DNA from: Planctomycetota bacterium
GTDB lineage: Bacteria > Planctomycetota > JAJSAM01 > JAJVHW01
Assembly: GCA_965248445.1 (NCBI GenBank)
Contig: CBDFJG010000003.1
Location: 608,001 to 672,000 of the forward strand
DNA: 64,000 nt
Direction: 5' to 3'
In this document: in pieces, positions 31,173-42,337 of the stretch
How positions within the stretch are numbered: position 1 is the first letter of the stretch
Layout of the letters: each line of letters begins with the position of its first letter
Made by a program: the position numbers and the translations under genes
Notes under the pieces: model-generated
What the model was told of the DNA's origin: nothing
Seen by the model: only the letters and a program-made list of their open reading frames with translations
The model's database searches: none

Positions 31173-33014
31173 GTGAAGTTCCGCAACGTCGTCGTCATGT
31201 TCGTGCTCGTCGCCCTCTCCGCGCTGCTCGTGTGGGCCTTGCGCGGTGGCGACAGCGACGCGTCGCTCGTGCCGGCGACCGCGCCCGGTTCGTTCGATCG
31301 GGCCGACGTGCAGCGCATCGAGAACCGAGCCGGTGACGACGAGATCATCTTGCGCCGCGCCGTGGGTGCGAGCGACTCATGGGAGCTGAAGGTCCGCGAC
31401 TCGTTCGTGCGCGCGGACGCCGTCCTCGTGGACGAACTCCTCGCGACCATGCAGAAGGCCATCGTGGGCACCCACTTCGTTGCGTCGGATCTCACCCCCG
31501 GGGCGCTGCGGTCCTACGGTCTCGAATCGCCCGAAATGGTGATCGACCTCCATCTCACCGGTGGGAAGCGGACGACGCGGATCGGTGCGGTGACCCGCGA
31601 GCGTACGCAAATGTACGTCGACCGCGGACCAGGCACGGACGTGTACGTCGTGCCGACGGACTCGCGCGACGAGTGGATGAACGCCTTCTCGAACGGACTT
31701 CGCGATCACCGCGTCGTCGACGTGCAGAACTACGACATCCAATACGTAGAGATCACCCGGCATGGCGTGACCAGGCTCGAGATCGAGAAGGACCTGTCGC
31801 AGGTCTGGCACGTGCGCCAGCCGTTCAAGGGCTTCGCCAACCCACAGCAGTTCGAAGAGGTCCTCAACGCGATCGCGAACGCGCGCGCGTCCGGCGTTGT
31901 CGACGACGACGCACAGACGGTGGGTGAGTACGGATTCGTACCGCCCGCCTATGAGATCCTGCTTCGCACCAAGCGGGGCGAGGAGCGCACGGTGCTCGTG
32001 GGTGGCGACGCGCCCGGCGGAGAGCACGTCTACGTGATGGAGAAGGGCTATCCGTCCGTGATGGTGGTCGGTGATCGACTCGCCAAGGCGGCCGCGATGG
32101 ACCCGCAGAGCTTCCGCGACCGGGCGTTCACACGCCTCGGCTACAAGACCGTGGTGGGGCTAACGGTGAAACTCGGCGACGGCGTGAAGACCTACCGGCT
32201 GGACAAGCCGGCGGCGTCGTGGGAGATCACGAGTCCGCCGCCGCGCAAGCCCGGGAACGACACCCGTTGTCGGGAGGCGCTCAAGAGCCTTGTCGAATGG
32301 CGCACCGCGGCGTTCCACGACGACGTACAACCGAACGAGGTCGGCATCTCGGACGATGGCAAGCAGATCGTCGTCGAGATCCAGGGCGGGGAGCAACTGA
32401 CGTTCCTGATCGGCGATCGCCTCGAGAACGGAAACGTGTTCGCACAGAGCAAGGGGAGCGGCGGTGTCGTCGAAGTGCGCGGCGAGCCGGTCGACCTGCT
32501 CGAGGAGGGCTGGCTGCAGTTCCGAACGTCCCGCACACGGGACTTCTCGACCGATGAGATCGTCGCCATCGCACAGGAGCCGGGCGGGTCGGAGGAGGGC
32601 GCGCAGGTCGAGCGCACGGGGTGGGAACGCGACCTCGCCGCCGAGAACAAGGGCTGGAGAAACGTCGGACCGGGCAGCACGCGAAAGCTCGACCCGGCCG
32701 CGATCAATCAACTGCTCGACACGATCAGGGCGATCGACTGTACGAGGTGGCTGTTCTTCGACTCGTCCCGCCGCGAGGAGATGGGATTCTCCGAGGACTA
32801 CGGAAAGGGCACGACCGTCACTGTCATCCTCGAGATCGGTGAGCAGTTCGGGACGCCGCCGCACGGCCATCACCAGCGTTTGCTCGTCGGCAACCGCGTC
32901 GAGGGCGGCGGCTACTTCGCGCGCTGGAAGGGCAAGGGCGACTGGCCGTGGGCGTTCGTCCTCTCCGAGCAGATCGTCGAGAAACTGAAGCGGCCACTGC
33001 TGCGCCCGAGGTGA
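31173..33014 (+). CDS. DUF4340-like membrane-anchored protein
   Basis: N-terminal TM anchor; three repeated units (YGLESP, YGFVPP, EVGI/EMGF); typical position after gldAFG-like genes. GTG start. Confidence 0.72.
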   Translation: MKFRNVVVMFVLVALSALLVWALRGGDSDASLVPATAPGSFDRADVQRIENRAGDDEIILRRAVGASDSWELKVRDSFVRADAVLVDELLATMQKAIVGTHFVASDLTPGALRSYGLESPEMVIDLHLTGGKRTTRIGAVTRERTQMYVDRGPGTDVYVVPTDSRDEWMNAFSNGLRDHRVVDVQNYDIQYVEITRHGVTRLEIEKDLSQVWHVRQPFKGFANPQQFEEVLNAIANARASGVVDDDAQTVGEYGFVPPAYEILLRTKRGEERTVLVGGDAPGGEHVYVMEKGYPSVMVVGDRLAKAAAMDPQSFRDRAFTRLGYKTVVGLTVKLGDGVKTYRLDKPAASWEITSPPPRKPGNDTRCREALKSLVEWRTAAFHDDVQPNEVGISDDGKQIVVEIQGGEQLTFLIGDRLENGNVFAQSKGSGGVVEVRGEPVDLLEEGWLQFRTSRTRDFSTDEIVAIAQEPGGSEEGAQVERTGWERDLAAENKGWRNVGPGSTRKLDPAAINQLLDTIRAIDCTRWLFFDSSRREEMGFSEDYGKGTTVTVILEIGEQFGTPPHGHHQRLLVGNRVEGGGYFARWKGKGDWPWAFVLSEQIVEKLKRPLLRPR

Positions 33015-33098
33015 CCCGACGCAGTCGGATTCGTAGTCGGATCCGCGACCAGTCGCACTCGCGCAACTCGTGTCCCCTGCGGGGGATACCGTCCGGCC

Positions 33099-35587
33099 AT
33101 GCCCCTGGATCGCTTCTTCAGCGAGCTGCGCACGGCTCCCGACATCGCGCCCAACATCGTGCGGTGGCACAAGGAGCCCGCGCGCGAAGCGCAGGTGTCC
33201 GATTTCCCTGACTGGGCTCCGCCGGCCGTGCGCGCGGCGTTCGCTGAGTCCGGTATCACGACACTGTGGTCGCACCAGCGGGAGGTCGCGGATCTCGCAC
33301 ACGCCGGCCGACACGTCGCCGTGGTCACGCCGACGGCATCCGGCAAGACGCTCTGCTACAACCTGCCTGTCCTGACGGCGCTGCTCGGACTCCGGGATGT
33401 CCGGGTTGGGGGCGGTGACGAACCGACGGATCGGGGCGTCGGCGACGTGCCCGATGATGGGCCCGGCCGCGCGCTCTACCTGTTCCCGACGAAGGCGCTC
33501 TCGCGCGACCAGACCGCGGTGTTCGCGAAGCTGGTTGCGGGTCTGCCGCGACCGGTGCGCGCGGGGGTCTACGACGGCGACACGCCGCCCGCCACCCGGC
33601 GGTCATTGCGCGCAGCCGCCGACGTGGTTGTCACGAACCCCTACATGCTTCATGCGGGCATCCTTCCGCACCACTTGAGGTGGGCGTCCCTGTTCCGGGA
33701 TCTCCGGTACGTGGTCGTGGACGAGATGCACACGATGACCGGTGTGTACGGGAGCAACGTTGGGAACGTGCTGCGCCGTCTGCGACGCGTCTGCCGGCAC
33801 CACGGCTCGGACCCCACGTTCTTGCTCTCGTCGGCCACGATCGCCAATCCCGGCGAACTGGCTGCCGGGCTGATCGGCGCACCGGTCGAGGTCGTGTCCC
33901 GATCCGGCGCGCCGTCTGCCGAGCGACACCTTCTGCTGTTCAATCCGCCGCTTGTCGACGAGGCGAGCGGCACACGCGGAAGCGCGCTCGAGGAGGCCCG
34001 CCGCCTCGCCGCGCACGCGCTGCGGGCAGGGCTGCAGACGCTCGTGTTCGCCGCTCCCGCACGACCGTCGAGGTGCTGACGAAGTACCTGCGGGACACCG
34101 CCCGCGATCTGGGCCTCCCGGAAGGCGTCGTGCGCGGGTACCGGGGCGGATATCTACCGAAGTTGCGGCGGGAGGTCGAGGTCGGTCTGCGCGACGGCAG
34201 CGTCCGCCTCGTCGTCGCGACCAACGCACTCGAACTCGGGATCGACATCGGCAGGCTCGACGTCGTCATCCTCACCGGTTACCCGGGCCGCGTCGCGAGC
34301 GCGCGCCAGCAAGCGGGCCGCTCGGGCCGACGAGATCGGCCTGGAACGGCAGTTCTCGTCGCGCGCAGCAACCCGCTCGACCAATACGTCCTGCAGCATC
34401 CCGAGGCGCTGCTCGACGGGCACGCTGAGCGGGCGGCACTCGATCCGAAGAACCGGCTGATCCTGACGAACCATGTGCGTTGCGCGGCCTTTGAACTCCC
34501 GTTCAAGGAGGGCGAGACGCTCTGCCCGACCGATGTGCTCGGCCACGAGGAACGCGTCACCGAGGCACTCGTGGAACTGGCCGCACCGGACGGACCGCTG
34601 CACCGCTTCGGCGGCCGCTACCACTGGTGCGACACGAGCTTCCCGGCGGACAGCGTGTCGTTGAACGGGTTCGACATCGACAACGTGGCGATCTACGACC
34701 TCGAGGCGCGCGTCGTGCTCGCTGAAGTCGATCGCGCGTCGTCGCAGTTCTTCGTGCACGAGGGGGCGATCTACGGGCACCAGGGCGAGACGTACTACGT
34801 CGAGCGTTTCGACTGGGACGGACGACGGGCATACGTCCGGAAGGTAGATTGCGACTACTACACCGAGGCGGAAGCCGAGGTCGAGGTGCGGACCACCGCG
34901 GAGGACCGGAGCGACGACCTGGGCGCGTTCCGTGCCACCAGAGGGAACGTGCTCGTCACCACGCAGGTGCCGATGTTCAAGAAGATCCGGTACTACACCG
35001 GTGAGAACGTGGGCTCCGACGAGGTGCGCTTGCCGGCCGAGCAGATGGGCACCGGGGCGTGCTGGATCGACATCGGCCCGCAACTGGCGACGGAACTCCG
35101 TGTGATGGACGGCGGCCGCTCGCAGTCGCTCCGCGGCATCGCGCATCTGCTCCGCGGCGTCGCGCCGGCATTCGTCCGCTGCGACCGTGGCGACCTTCGC
35201 GTGCACTCCGAAGCGCGCGCGACGGCGACCGAGCTTCCGCGCATCGTCGTCTACGACCGCGTGCCGAACGGAGTCGGTCTGGCCGAGGCGGTCTTCACGT
35301 CGCTCCGCAGCGTGATTCCCGCCATGCGCGACATCGTGGACGGATGCGCATGCCGCCGTGGCTGCCCAGCATGTGTCGGGCCCGCGGCGAGCATTGGACC
35401 CCACGGAAAGGACACGGCTGCGCGACTGCTGGGCGCGCTCGCCCGTGCTTGCGCTGAGCATCCCCTCCTGCCCCCGGCGGATCTCGCTCCGCCGGTGATC
35501 GTGCGTGAGCCCCAGATGCCCGAGAGGACCGAGATGCCCGAGATGAGAGGGGCGTCAGAACGGCTCGGGGAGACCGAGGGCGCGTGA
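33099..35587 (+). pseudogene. DEAD/DEAH-box helicase with DUF1998 (MrfA/YprA/SftH-like), interrupted by a 1-nt frameshift near 34051
   Basis: Frame 1: TPTASGKT, PTKALSRDQ, VVDEMH, SATIANP. Frame 2: ATNALELGIDIG, QQAGRSGR, CACRRGCPAC. Adding one C at 34051-34052 restores TLVFARSRTTVE. May be a sequencing error rather than a true pseudogene. Confidence 0.85.
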
Positions 35588-36798
35588 TCCGCCGCGACGG
35601 CGCGGCGCAAGATCCACCGACAGGGGTGGTCGATCCGGAAGGGGCGGACGATCCCGGACCGTCCGTGCCGGTGCCGGACCTCGTCGACCGTACCTACCCG
35701 GGGGGAACGGTCCAGCTGCGGGTCGAGCGGTTCGACGGATCGATAGAGCGCGGCCGGGTCCGGCTGGACGCCGCCACGCATGTCTCGTTCTCCGACGTCT
35801 CGCTGCTCTGCGGAAGCGCCGGCATCACTGATCTCGACGACGTGCTGTTCCTCGACACGGAGACCACAGGGCTCGCGGGAGGCGCGGGCACATTCGTGTT
35901 CCTGGTGGGACTCGCATGCTTCAAGGGCGGCGTCTTCGAAGTGCGCCAGTGGGTGCTCCCGGATCCGGCCGAGGAGGAGGGACTACTCGACGCGCTCACG
36001 GAGGAGGCGCACGCAGCCCGCGGGCTGGTCTCGTTCCACGGACGAGGCTTCGACATCCCGCGTATCGAGGAGCGCTTCTTGCTGGCCGGCCGTCCCGACC
36101 CGTTCGAGTCGCTTCCGCACATGGATCTGCTGATCGGTGCCCGTCGCGTGTTCCGCATGCGGACCGGACGCGTTGCGCTCCAGGAACTCGAGCGGCAAGT
36201 GCTCGGTGTCGAGCGCCTGGACGATCTGCCGGGTGCCGAGTGCCCCGCGGCCTGGTACGCGTATCTGAAGGGCCGGCCGCGACCGCTCTGGCGCGTGCTC
36301 GAGCACAACCTGCTCGATCTTCTGTCGCTCCCGGCCCTGCTCGCCGCCATGGCCGAGCCTGCCGTCGGGCGGGGACCGGCGCCGGATCTGCACTCTGCAG
36401 GCCGGGTCCTCGCGCGCGCGGGCCTCGAGGAAAGGGCGCTCGCTCTGCAACGCGGTGCGACGGCGCGTGCGGTTGACGGCACGCTGCGGGCCCGCGCGCA
36501 CCACGAGGCGTCCCGTCTGCTGCGCCGGCAGCAGCTCGCCGCCGAGGCCGCCACGGAGGCGCACGCGGCGACGATGTCCGATCCGGCGCTCCCCGGACCG
36601 TGGTTGGTCCTGGCGAAGGACGCGGAGCACCGCACGAAGGACTACGCGTTCGCGCTCGCCTGCGCCGAGCGCGTCCAACGCCTCCTGTTCCTCCGGGGGC
36701 GCTCGGCGCGAGCGATTGCGGACGCCCGCCGCCGGATCGAGCGCGTGACTGCCAAGCTCTCTCGTCTGCAGGGCGCGCCGCAGCCCCGCGAGCCCTGA
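35584..36798 (+). CDS. RNase H-like (DEDD) exonuclease with a C-terminal helical region, MrfB/YprB-like
   Basis: FLDTETTGL, SFHGRGFD, HMDLL, EHNLLD; 4-nt overlap with the helicase. Confidence 0.85.
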   Translation: MIRRDGAAQDPPTGVVDPEGADDPGPSVPVPDLVDRTYPGGTVQLRVERFDGSIERGRVRLDAATHVSFSDVSLLCGSAGITDLDDVLFLDTETTGLAGGAGTFVFLVGLACFKGGVFEVRQWVLPDPAEEEGLLDALTEEAHAARGLVSFHGRGFDIPRIEERFLLAGRPDPFESLPHMDLLIGARRVFRMRTGRVALQELERQVLGVERLDDLPGAECPAAWYAYLKGRPRPLWRVLEHNLLDLLSLPALLAAMAEPAVGRGPAPDLHSAGRVLARAGLEERALALQRGATARAVDGTLRARAHHEASRLLRRQQLAAEAATEAHAATMSDPALPGPWLVLAKDAEHRTKDYAFALACAERVQRLLFLRGRSARAIADARRRIERVTAKLSRLQGAPQPREP

Positions 36799-36981
36799 GC
36801 ACCGTGTGGTTACATCTGGCTGGTGAGCCCTGAAGTGTGGCTGGCGAGCCCTGGCGTCTGGGCACCCTCCGGCGTTCTCGGCGGCCCGCCACCGCCGAGG
36901 TATGCTCCCTCGCTTCGCCCGCGGCCGCGGGCGAAATGCCGCGGTGACGATGGCGCCCGGCGGGGCAAGAGGACACGTTCG

Positions 36982-37443
36982 ATGGGCTATCAGATGCGAG
37001 GTCTCTACTGGGACGACTTCGAGCCCGGCCGCGCGTTCTACTCCGCCTCCCGTACGGTGACCGAGGCCGACGTCGTGAACTTCGCCGGGCTCTCCGGCGA
37101 CTTCAACCCGCTGCACACGGACGAAACGTTCGCGTCGAAGACTCCAGCGCGCGGGCGGATTGGCCACGGCATGCTCAGCATGGCGATCGCGACGGGACTG
37201 GCCAACCAGATGGGCATCTTCGAGGGCACGACGCTGGCCCTCATGCAGCAGACGATCAAGTACACGGGCATGGTTCGCTTCGGCGACACGATTCGCGTCG
37301 TCATGACGGTCACCGATCGCAAGGAGTCGCGCAAGCCGACCCGCGGCGTCGTGACCTACGACGTGAAGGTCCTGAACCAGGACGACGAACCGGTCGTGGA
37401 CTCGGAGTGGATTCTGATGATGTCGAGGAAAGCCCCCGAATAG
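36982..37443 (+). CDS. MaoC-like (hotdog-fold) dehydratase
   Basis: RTVTEADVVNFAGLSGDFNPLHTD, RIGHG, VRFGDTI. Start MGYQMRG. Confidence 0.9.
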   Translation: MGYQMRGLYWDDFEPGRAFYSASRTVTEADVVNFAGLSGDFNPLHTDETFASKTPARGRIGHGMLSMAIATGLANQMGIFEGTTLALMQQTIKYTGMVRFGDTIRVVMTVTDRKESRKPTRGVVTYDVKVLNQDDEPVVDSEWILMMSRKAPE

Positions 37444-37480
37444 GGCGGATCGAGACGCCGCGAGGCGGCGAGGAGAGGAC

Positions 37481-38224
37481 ATGCGGCTCGAGAACAAGGT
37501 GGCGATCGTGACGGGCGCGGCCCGCGGAATCGGTCAGGCGACTGCCGAGCGATTCGCGCGTGAGGGCGCGGCGGTCTCGGTGTGGGACGTGAACGGCGAT
37601 GCCGTCGAGTCGGTTGCTGCGGGCATCCGCGAGGGTGGCGGCAAGTCGATCGCGTGCTCCGTGGACGTCTCCAACGGCGAGCAGGTCCGGGCCGCGGTCG
37701 CCCGCACCGTTGCGGAACTGGGCGGCTTGCACTGCGTCGTGAACAACGCGGGCATCACGCGGGACAAGTCCTTCAAGAAGATGACCGAGGAGCAGTGGGA
37801 TCTCGTGATCTCGGTCAACCTGAAGGGCACGTTCCTGGTCTGCCAGGCGGCGATGCTGCACATGCTCGAGCACGGTGGCGGGCGCATCTCGAACACGGCT
37901 TCCGTGGCGGTCAACGGCAACTTCGGCCAGGCCAACTACTCGGCTTCGAAGGCCGGGATCGTCGGACTCACTCGCACACTGGCGATCGAGGGCGCGAAGG
38001 CGGGCATCACCGTGAACGCCGTGGCGCCCGGGGCGACGGACACACCGATGTTCGATGCCGTTCCGGACGAGATCAAGGCAGCCATCTGCAAGTCGATCCC
38101 GCTTCGCCGCATGGCGGACTCCGACGAGATCGCCGCGGTGCACGCGTTCCTCTGCAGCGACGACGCCAGCTACGTGACGGGCCAGCTGCTGTACGCGGAC
38201 GGCGGCGCGACGCTCGGTGTCTAG
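37481..38224 (+). CDS. fabG: 3-oxoacyl-ACP/CoA reductase (SDR family)
   Basis: TGAARGIG, NNAGITRD, GNFGQANYSASK (YxxxK), VNAVAPG. Confidence 0.88.
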   Translation: MRLENKVAIVTGAARGIGQATAERFAREGAAVSVWDVNGDAVESVAAGIREGGGKSIACSVDVSNGEQVRAAVARTVAELGGLHCVVNNAGITRDKSFKKMTEEQWDLVISVNLKGTFLVCQAAMLHMLEHGGGRISNTASVAVNGNFGQANYSASKAGIVGLTRTLAIEGAKAGITVNAVAPGATDTPMFDAVPDEIKAAICKSIPLRRMADSDEIAAVHAFLCSDDASYVTGQLLYADGGATLGV

Positions 38225-38266
38225 GCGCTGAGCTCGCTCGACTCACCGAGTGAAGGCGGCGAATCG

Positions 38267-38899
38267 GTGGCGTTCCGCTTCGGCGGGCACGCCACCGTTC
38301 TCGTTCCCGGTTCGCCCGCAGTCGTCGTCGATCCGTGGCGCTACCGCCTGGGCGTCCGGGCGGATGTCGCGCTGGTCACGCACGGGCATGCCGATCACTG
38401 CTCCGAGGACGACTTGGCCGGCGCCACAACGGGACTCGCGCCGATCGTCGCCCCGCGTGCGCTGGCCGGTCGCCTCGAGTGCGTGTTCGGCGACCGCGTC
38501 GTTGCGATGACAGAGGGCGAGGAGCGAACGTGGGGGGGCGCGACCGTCCGCGCACTGCCGGCGGAGGGGCCGTCACGCGACGGCCGTGCTTGCGGATTTC
38601 ATCCGCGCGGCACCGGACTGGCCTACCTGGTGCACGTGCGAAGCGCTCGGCACCTGTTCCTCGGAGATTCCGCTGCGCTACCGGAGCACGAGGGTCACGC
38701 CGTCGACGTCGCGTACTTCGCAGTCGGTGGGCTCGTCACGATGACACCGGAGGAGGCCGCGGAGTCCGCGTCCCGCGTTGCCGCGCGTCTCTCGATCCCG
38801 GTGCACTGGGGCGACCTGATGGCTCGCTATGCCTCCGCTGAGAGGTTTATCGAACTCTGCGCTGCTCTGGGACTCACGGCCGCCGTCGCGCCCGGATAG
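38267..38899 (+). CDS. Metallo-beta-lactamase-fold hydrolase
   Basis: GHA...VVDPW, THGHADH, FLGDS, IPVHWG. Start uncertain. Confidence 0.85.
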   Translation: MAFRFGGHATVLVPGSPAVVVDPWRYRLGVRADVALVTHGHADHCSEDDLAGATTGLAPIVAPRALAGRLECVFGDRVVAMTEGEERTWGGATVRALPAEGPSRDGRACGFHPRGTGLAYLVHVRSARHLFLGDSAALPEHEGHAVDVAYFAVGGLVTMTPEEAAESASRVAARLSIPVHWGDLMARYASAERFIELCAALGLTAAVAPG

Positions 38900-38951
38900 A
38901 TTCACGAGCGCAGACGAACGCCCCGCTGCACGGGCGGCCCGGAGGAACGAC

Positions 38952-39380
38952 ATGCTGGTCGATGCGATCATGAACCCCGACGTCGTGACGGTCACGCGGG
39001 ACCACACGGCCCTGCGCGCGGCGCGCGAGATGCGCGAGTACAACGTCGGCTCCGTGGTCGTCGTCGACGAGGACAGCCGGCCGATCGGGATGGTCACGGA
39101 CCGCGATCTGGCCGTGAAACTGGTGGCCGAGGGCGCCAGCCCGGAGACTCCCGTCGACGAGTTCATGTCGCAGCCGGTCTACGCCGTGCCGCGCGACACG
39201 CTGATCTTCGATCTGCTCCGCCAGATGTCGCACCGCAAGATCCACCGCGTGCCCGTGATCGACAACGATCGCAAGATCGTTGGCGTGGTGAGCGTCGACG
39301 ATGCGCTCGTGCTCCTGACGACTGAACTCGTCAACGTCGCGGACGTGATGGGGCACCGGACGCGGCTCGCGAACGAGTAG
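38952..39380 (+). CDS. CBS-domain pair protein
   Basis: MREYNVGSVVVV...GMVTDRDL, IHRVPV...VGVVSVDD; GGAGG RBS. Confidence 0.9.
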   Translation: MLVDAIMNPDVVTVTRDHTALRAAREMREYNVGSVVVVDEDSRPIGMVTDRDLAVKLVAEGASPETPVDEFMSQPVYAVPRDTLIFDLLRQMSHRKIHRVPVIDNDRKIVGVVSVDDALVLLTTELVNVADVMGHRTRLANE

Positions 39381-42333
39381 CGCGCGCGGTCTTCTTGCCG
39401 CCCTTCTTCGTGGTCTTTCGGGCGGCCTTCCGGGCGGGCTTGCGCGCTCTCTTCGGCGCCGGCTTCCGCCGTCTGGCGAAGTAGCTCCGCAGTGCCGCTC
39501 CGGTGTGCGACGCCTTCCGCCGCGCCAGTTCCTCCGGCGTTCCGGCGGCCAGCACCAATCCGCCGCCTGCGCCGCCCTCCGGACCCAGATCGATGACGTG
39601 ATCGGCGGCGGCGATCACGTCGAGCGAGTGCTCGATGACGACCACGGTGTTGCCCTGATCGACCAGCGTCTGAAGAACGTCGAGCAGGCGACGGACGTCT
39701 TCGAAGTGCAGGCCCGTCGTCGGTTCGTCGAGGAGGAACAGCGTGCGCCCGGTGCTGCGACGGGCGAGTTCACGCGCGAGCTTGACGCGCTGTGCCTCGC
39801 CTCCCGACAGCGTCGTGGCGCTCTGCCCGAGCGTGATGTAGCCCAGGCCGACGTCACAGAGCGTCTGCATGATCCTGCGGATCTTCGGCTGGTTGCGGAA
39901 CAGCTCGAGAGCGTCCTCGATCGTCGTTGCGAGCACCTCGGAGACCGACTTGCCGCGGTAGAGGATCTCGCGGGTCGCCGCGTTGTAGCGCGTGCCTCGG
40001 CACGTCTCACAAGGCACGTACACGTCGGGCAGGAAGTGCATCTCGACGAGGATCTGTCCGGCGCCCGAGCACTCTTCGCAGCGCCCGCCCTTCACGTTGA
40101 ACGAGAAGCGGCCGGGGCCGTATCCGCGCACTCGCGACTCGGGCAGTTCGGCGAACACAGTCCGCACCCAGTCGAATACCTTGGTGTACGTGGCCGGGTT
40201 GCTGCGCGGCGTTCGCCCGATCGGCGACTGGTCGATGTCGACCGCTTTGTCAACATGCTCCAATCCGCGCACGCGGCCGTGAGCCCCGATCGCCACCTGG
40301 GCGCCGTTGAGCGCACGCAGGGCGGCGGGCCGCAGGATGCCGTTGACGAGCGAGCTCTTGCCGGCCCCGGATACGCCGGTCACGGCGACGAGGCAGCCGA
40401 GCGGAAAGGCGACATCGACCTTCCGCAGGTTGTTCTCAGCCGCGCCCTCGATCCGGATCGACTTCCCGTTGCCGGACCTTCTGGTCTCCCGCGGCGGAAT
40501 GGCGCGACGGCCCGCGAGGTATGCGCCGGTCAGTGACTCCTCGCTCCGCAAGAGTGCGTCCACGTCGCCCTCCGCCACGACGCGGCCGCCGTGGACACCG
40601 GCGTGCGGCCCGAAGTCTACGAGGTGGTCCGCCGCACGGATGGTCTCCTCGTCGTGCTCGACGACGAGGACCGTGTTCCCGAGGTCGCGCAGCCGCAGGA
40701 GCGACTCGAGCAGGCGGCGCTGGTCGCGGGCGTGCAGCCCGATCGACGGTTCGTCGAGCACGTAGACAACGCCGGTCAGCTCGCTGCCGATCTGTGAGGC
40801 CAGCCGGATCCGCTGTGCTTCGCCGCCAGAGAGAGTCGCCGCGCTGCGGTCGAGCGTCAGGTATCCGAGGCCGACGTTCCGCAGGAAGCTCAGACGCGAG
40901 CGAACTTCGCGCAGCACCTCGGCGGCCACGGCGGCCCGCGCGCCCTTCCAGGACAGTCCTTCGAAGTGTGCGAGTGCCTCGGCCACTGGGAGTTCCACGC
41001 ACTCGGCGATGTTCTTCCCGCCCACGCGGACGGAGAGCGCCTCGATCCGCATCCGCCTGCCTTTGCACGACGCGCACGGAACATCGCGCATCCACTTCGT
41101 GTAACCACGACGCGCGCCGTCCGACGTCGACTCTCGCCAGCGGCGCTCGATGCGCGGCAGCAAGCCCTCGAACTTCGTGGTGAAGTCCGTCTTCCAACGC
41201 TTCCCGGACATGCGGACGGTCAGCTCGCGATCTCCGGAGCCGCGCAGGATCGACTCGCGCTGCGCCTTCTTGAGTCGCTTCCACGGCACGTCGAGCGGAA
41301 CGCCCAGCTGTGAAAGGATCGAGCGCCCGTACTCCGCGTTCATCCCGGTCTTCCCCGGTGCCAGCCGCGCCCGCCACGGCAGCAGCGCGCCCTCCTCGAG
41401 CGTCAGTGCAGGATCGCCGATGATCAGATCCTCGGTGGCAGCGAGCCGCCGTCCGAGTCCGTCGCACTCGCGGCACGCACCCTGCGGGCTGTTCCACGAG
41501 AACAACTGCGGTGTCAGCTCCGGGAACGCCGTTGAGCACTTCGCGCAAACCCGGCGGTCGGTGTACGCGCGCTCCTCGCCGTCGTGGAACGCGGCGCGAA
41601 TTCGCCCGTCGGCTGCGCGGAGTGCCGACTCGACCGAGTCGGTGAGTCGTTGGCGCGTGACGCGTCCGGTGACGAGACGGTCGACAACGGCCTCGATCGT
41701 GTGCTTCTTCTTCGCGTCGAGGCCCGATACGTCGTCGAGCGGCAGGACCTTGCCGTCCACCCGGACGCGCACGAAGCCCGCCCGGCGCGCCGCGTCCAGC
41801 AGGTCGCGGTGCTCGCCCTTGCGGTCGTCCACGAGAGGTGCGAGGAGCAGGAGCTTGCGCTCGCCCTCTGTTCGCAGCAGTTCCTCGACGATCGCCTCCG
41901 CGGACCCGGCGCCGACCGGGCCGCCGCACGAAGGGCAAGACGGATCACCCAAGCGGGCGTAGAGCACGCGCAGGTAGTCGTGCACCTCCGTGACCGTGCC
42001 GACCGTCGAGCGCGGATTGCGCGACGCCGACTTCTGTTCGATCGCGATCGTGGGGGCGAGTCCGCGGATTGCGTCGAACGCCGGGCGGGGCAGCTGGCCG
42101 AGGAACTGCCGCGCGTACGCCGAGAGCGACTCGACGTAGCGACGCTGGCCCTCGGCGAAGATCGTGTCGAAGGCCAGGGACGTCTTGCCGCTCCCCGACA
42201 CGCCGCAGAAGACCGTCAGCGTGCCCTTGGGGATCGTGACGTCGACGCCCTGCAGGTTGTGCTCTCTCGCACCGATCACGACCAGCTCGCGGGAGTGGTC
42301 GGTCAGCGCCTTGTTCGGCTGCCGTCGGACCAC
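39331..42333 (-). CDS. uvrA: Excinuclease ABC subunit UvrA with a basic C-terminal tail
   Basis: [52 protein letters not shown], zinc fingers. GTG start at 42333. Confidence 0.97.
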   Translation of the reverse strand: MVRRQPNKALTDHSRELVVIGAREHNLQGVDVTIPKGTLTVFCGVSGSGKTSLAFDTIFAEGQRRYVESLSAYARQFLGQLPRPAFDAIRGLAPTIAIEQKSASRNPRSTVGTVTEVHDYLRVLYARLGDPSCPSCGGPVGAGSAEAIVEELLRTEGERKLLLLAPLVDDRKGEHRDLLDAARRAGFVRVRVDGKVLPLDDVSGLDAKKKHTIEAVVDRLVTGRVTRQRLTDSVESALRAADGRIRAAFHDGEERAYTDRRVCAKCSTAFPELTPQLFSWNSPQGACRECDGLGRRLAATEDLIIGDPALTLEEGALLPWRARLAPGKTGMNAEYGRSILSQLGVPLDVPWKRLKKAQRESILRGSGDRELTVRMSGKRWKTDFTTKFEGLLPRIERRWRESTSDGARRGYTKWMRDVPCASCKGRRMRIEALSVRVGGKNIAECVELPVAEALAHFEGLSWKGARAAVAAEVLREVRSRLSFLRNVGLGYLTLDRSAATLSGGEAQRIRLASQIGSELTGVVYVLDEPSIGLHARDQRRLLESLLRLRDLGNTVLVVEHDEETIRAADHLVDFGPHAGVHGGRVVAEGDVDALLRSEESLTGAYLAGRRAIPPRETRRSGNGKSIRIEGAAENNLRKVDVAFPLGCLVAVTGVSGAGKSSLVNGILRPAALRALNGAQVAIGAHGRVRGLEHVDKAVDIDQSPIGRTPRSNPATYTKVFDWVRTVFAELPESRVRGYGPGRFSFNVKGGRCEECSGAGQILVEMHFLPDVYVPCETCRGTRYNAATREILYRGKSVSEVLATTIEDALELFRNQPKIRRIMQTLCDVGLGYITLGQSATTLSGGEAQRVKLARELARRSTGRTLFLLDEPTTGLHFEDVRRLLDVLQTLVDQGNTVVVIEHSLDVIAAADHVIDLGPEGGAGGGLVLAAGTPEELARRKASHTGAALRSYFARRRKPAPKRARKPARKAARKTTKKGGKKTARATRSRAASGAPSRPRR

Positions 42334-42337
42334 CGCT

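Noticed and set aside
33020..33043. 12-nt tandem near-repeat CGCAGTCGGATT/CGTAGTCGGATC
   Set aside because: Only two imperfect copies with no spacers; not CRISPR-like and no evident function.
38222..38266. fabG and the MBL hydrolase are in the same frame separated by a single TAG (possible read-through or pyrrolysine)
   Set aside because: FabG ends at its normal C-terminus (DGGATLGV), no catalytic residue maps to the TAG and no pyl genes are seen; a one-in-three chance coincidence.
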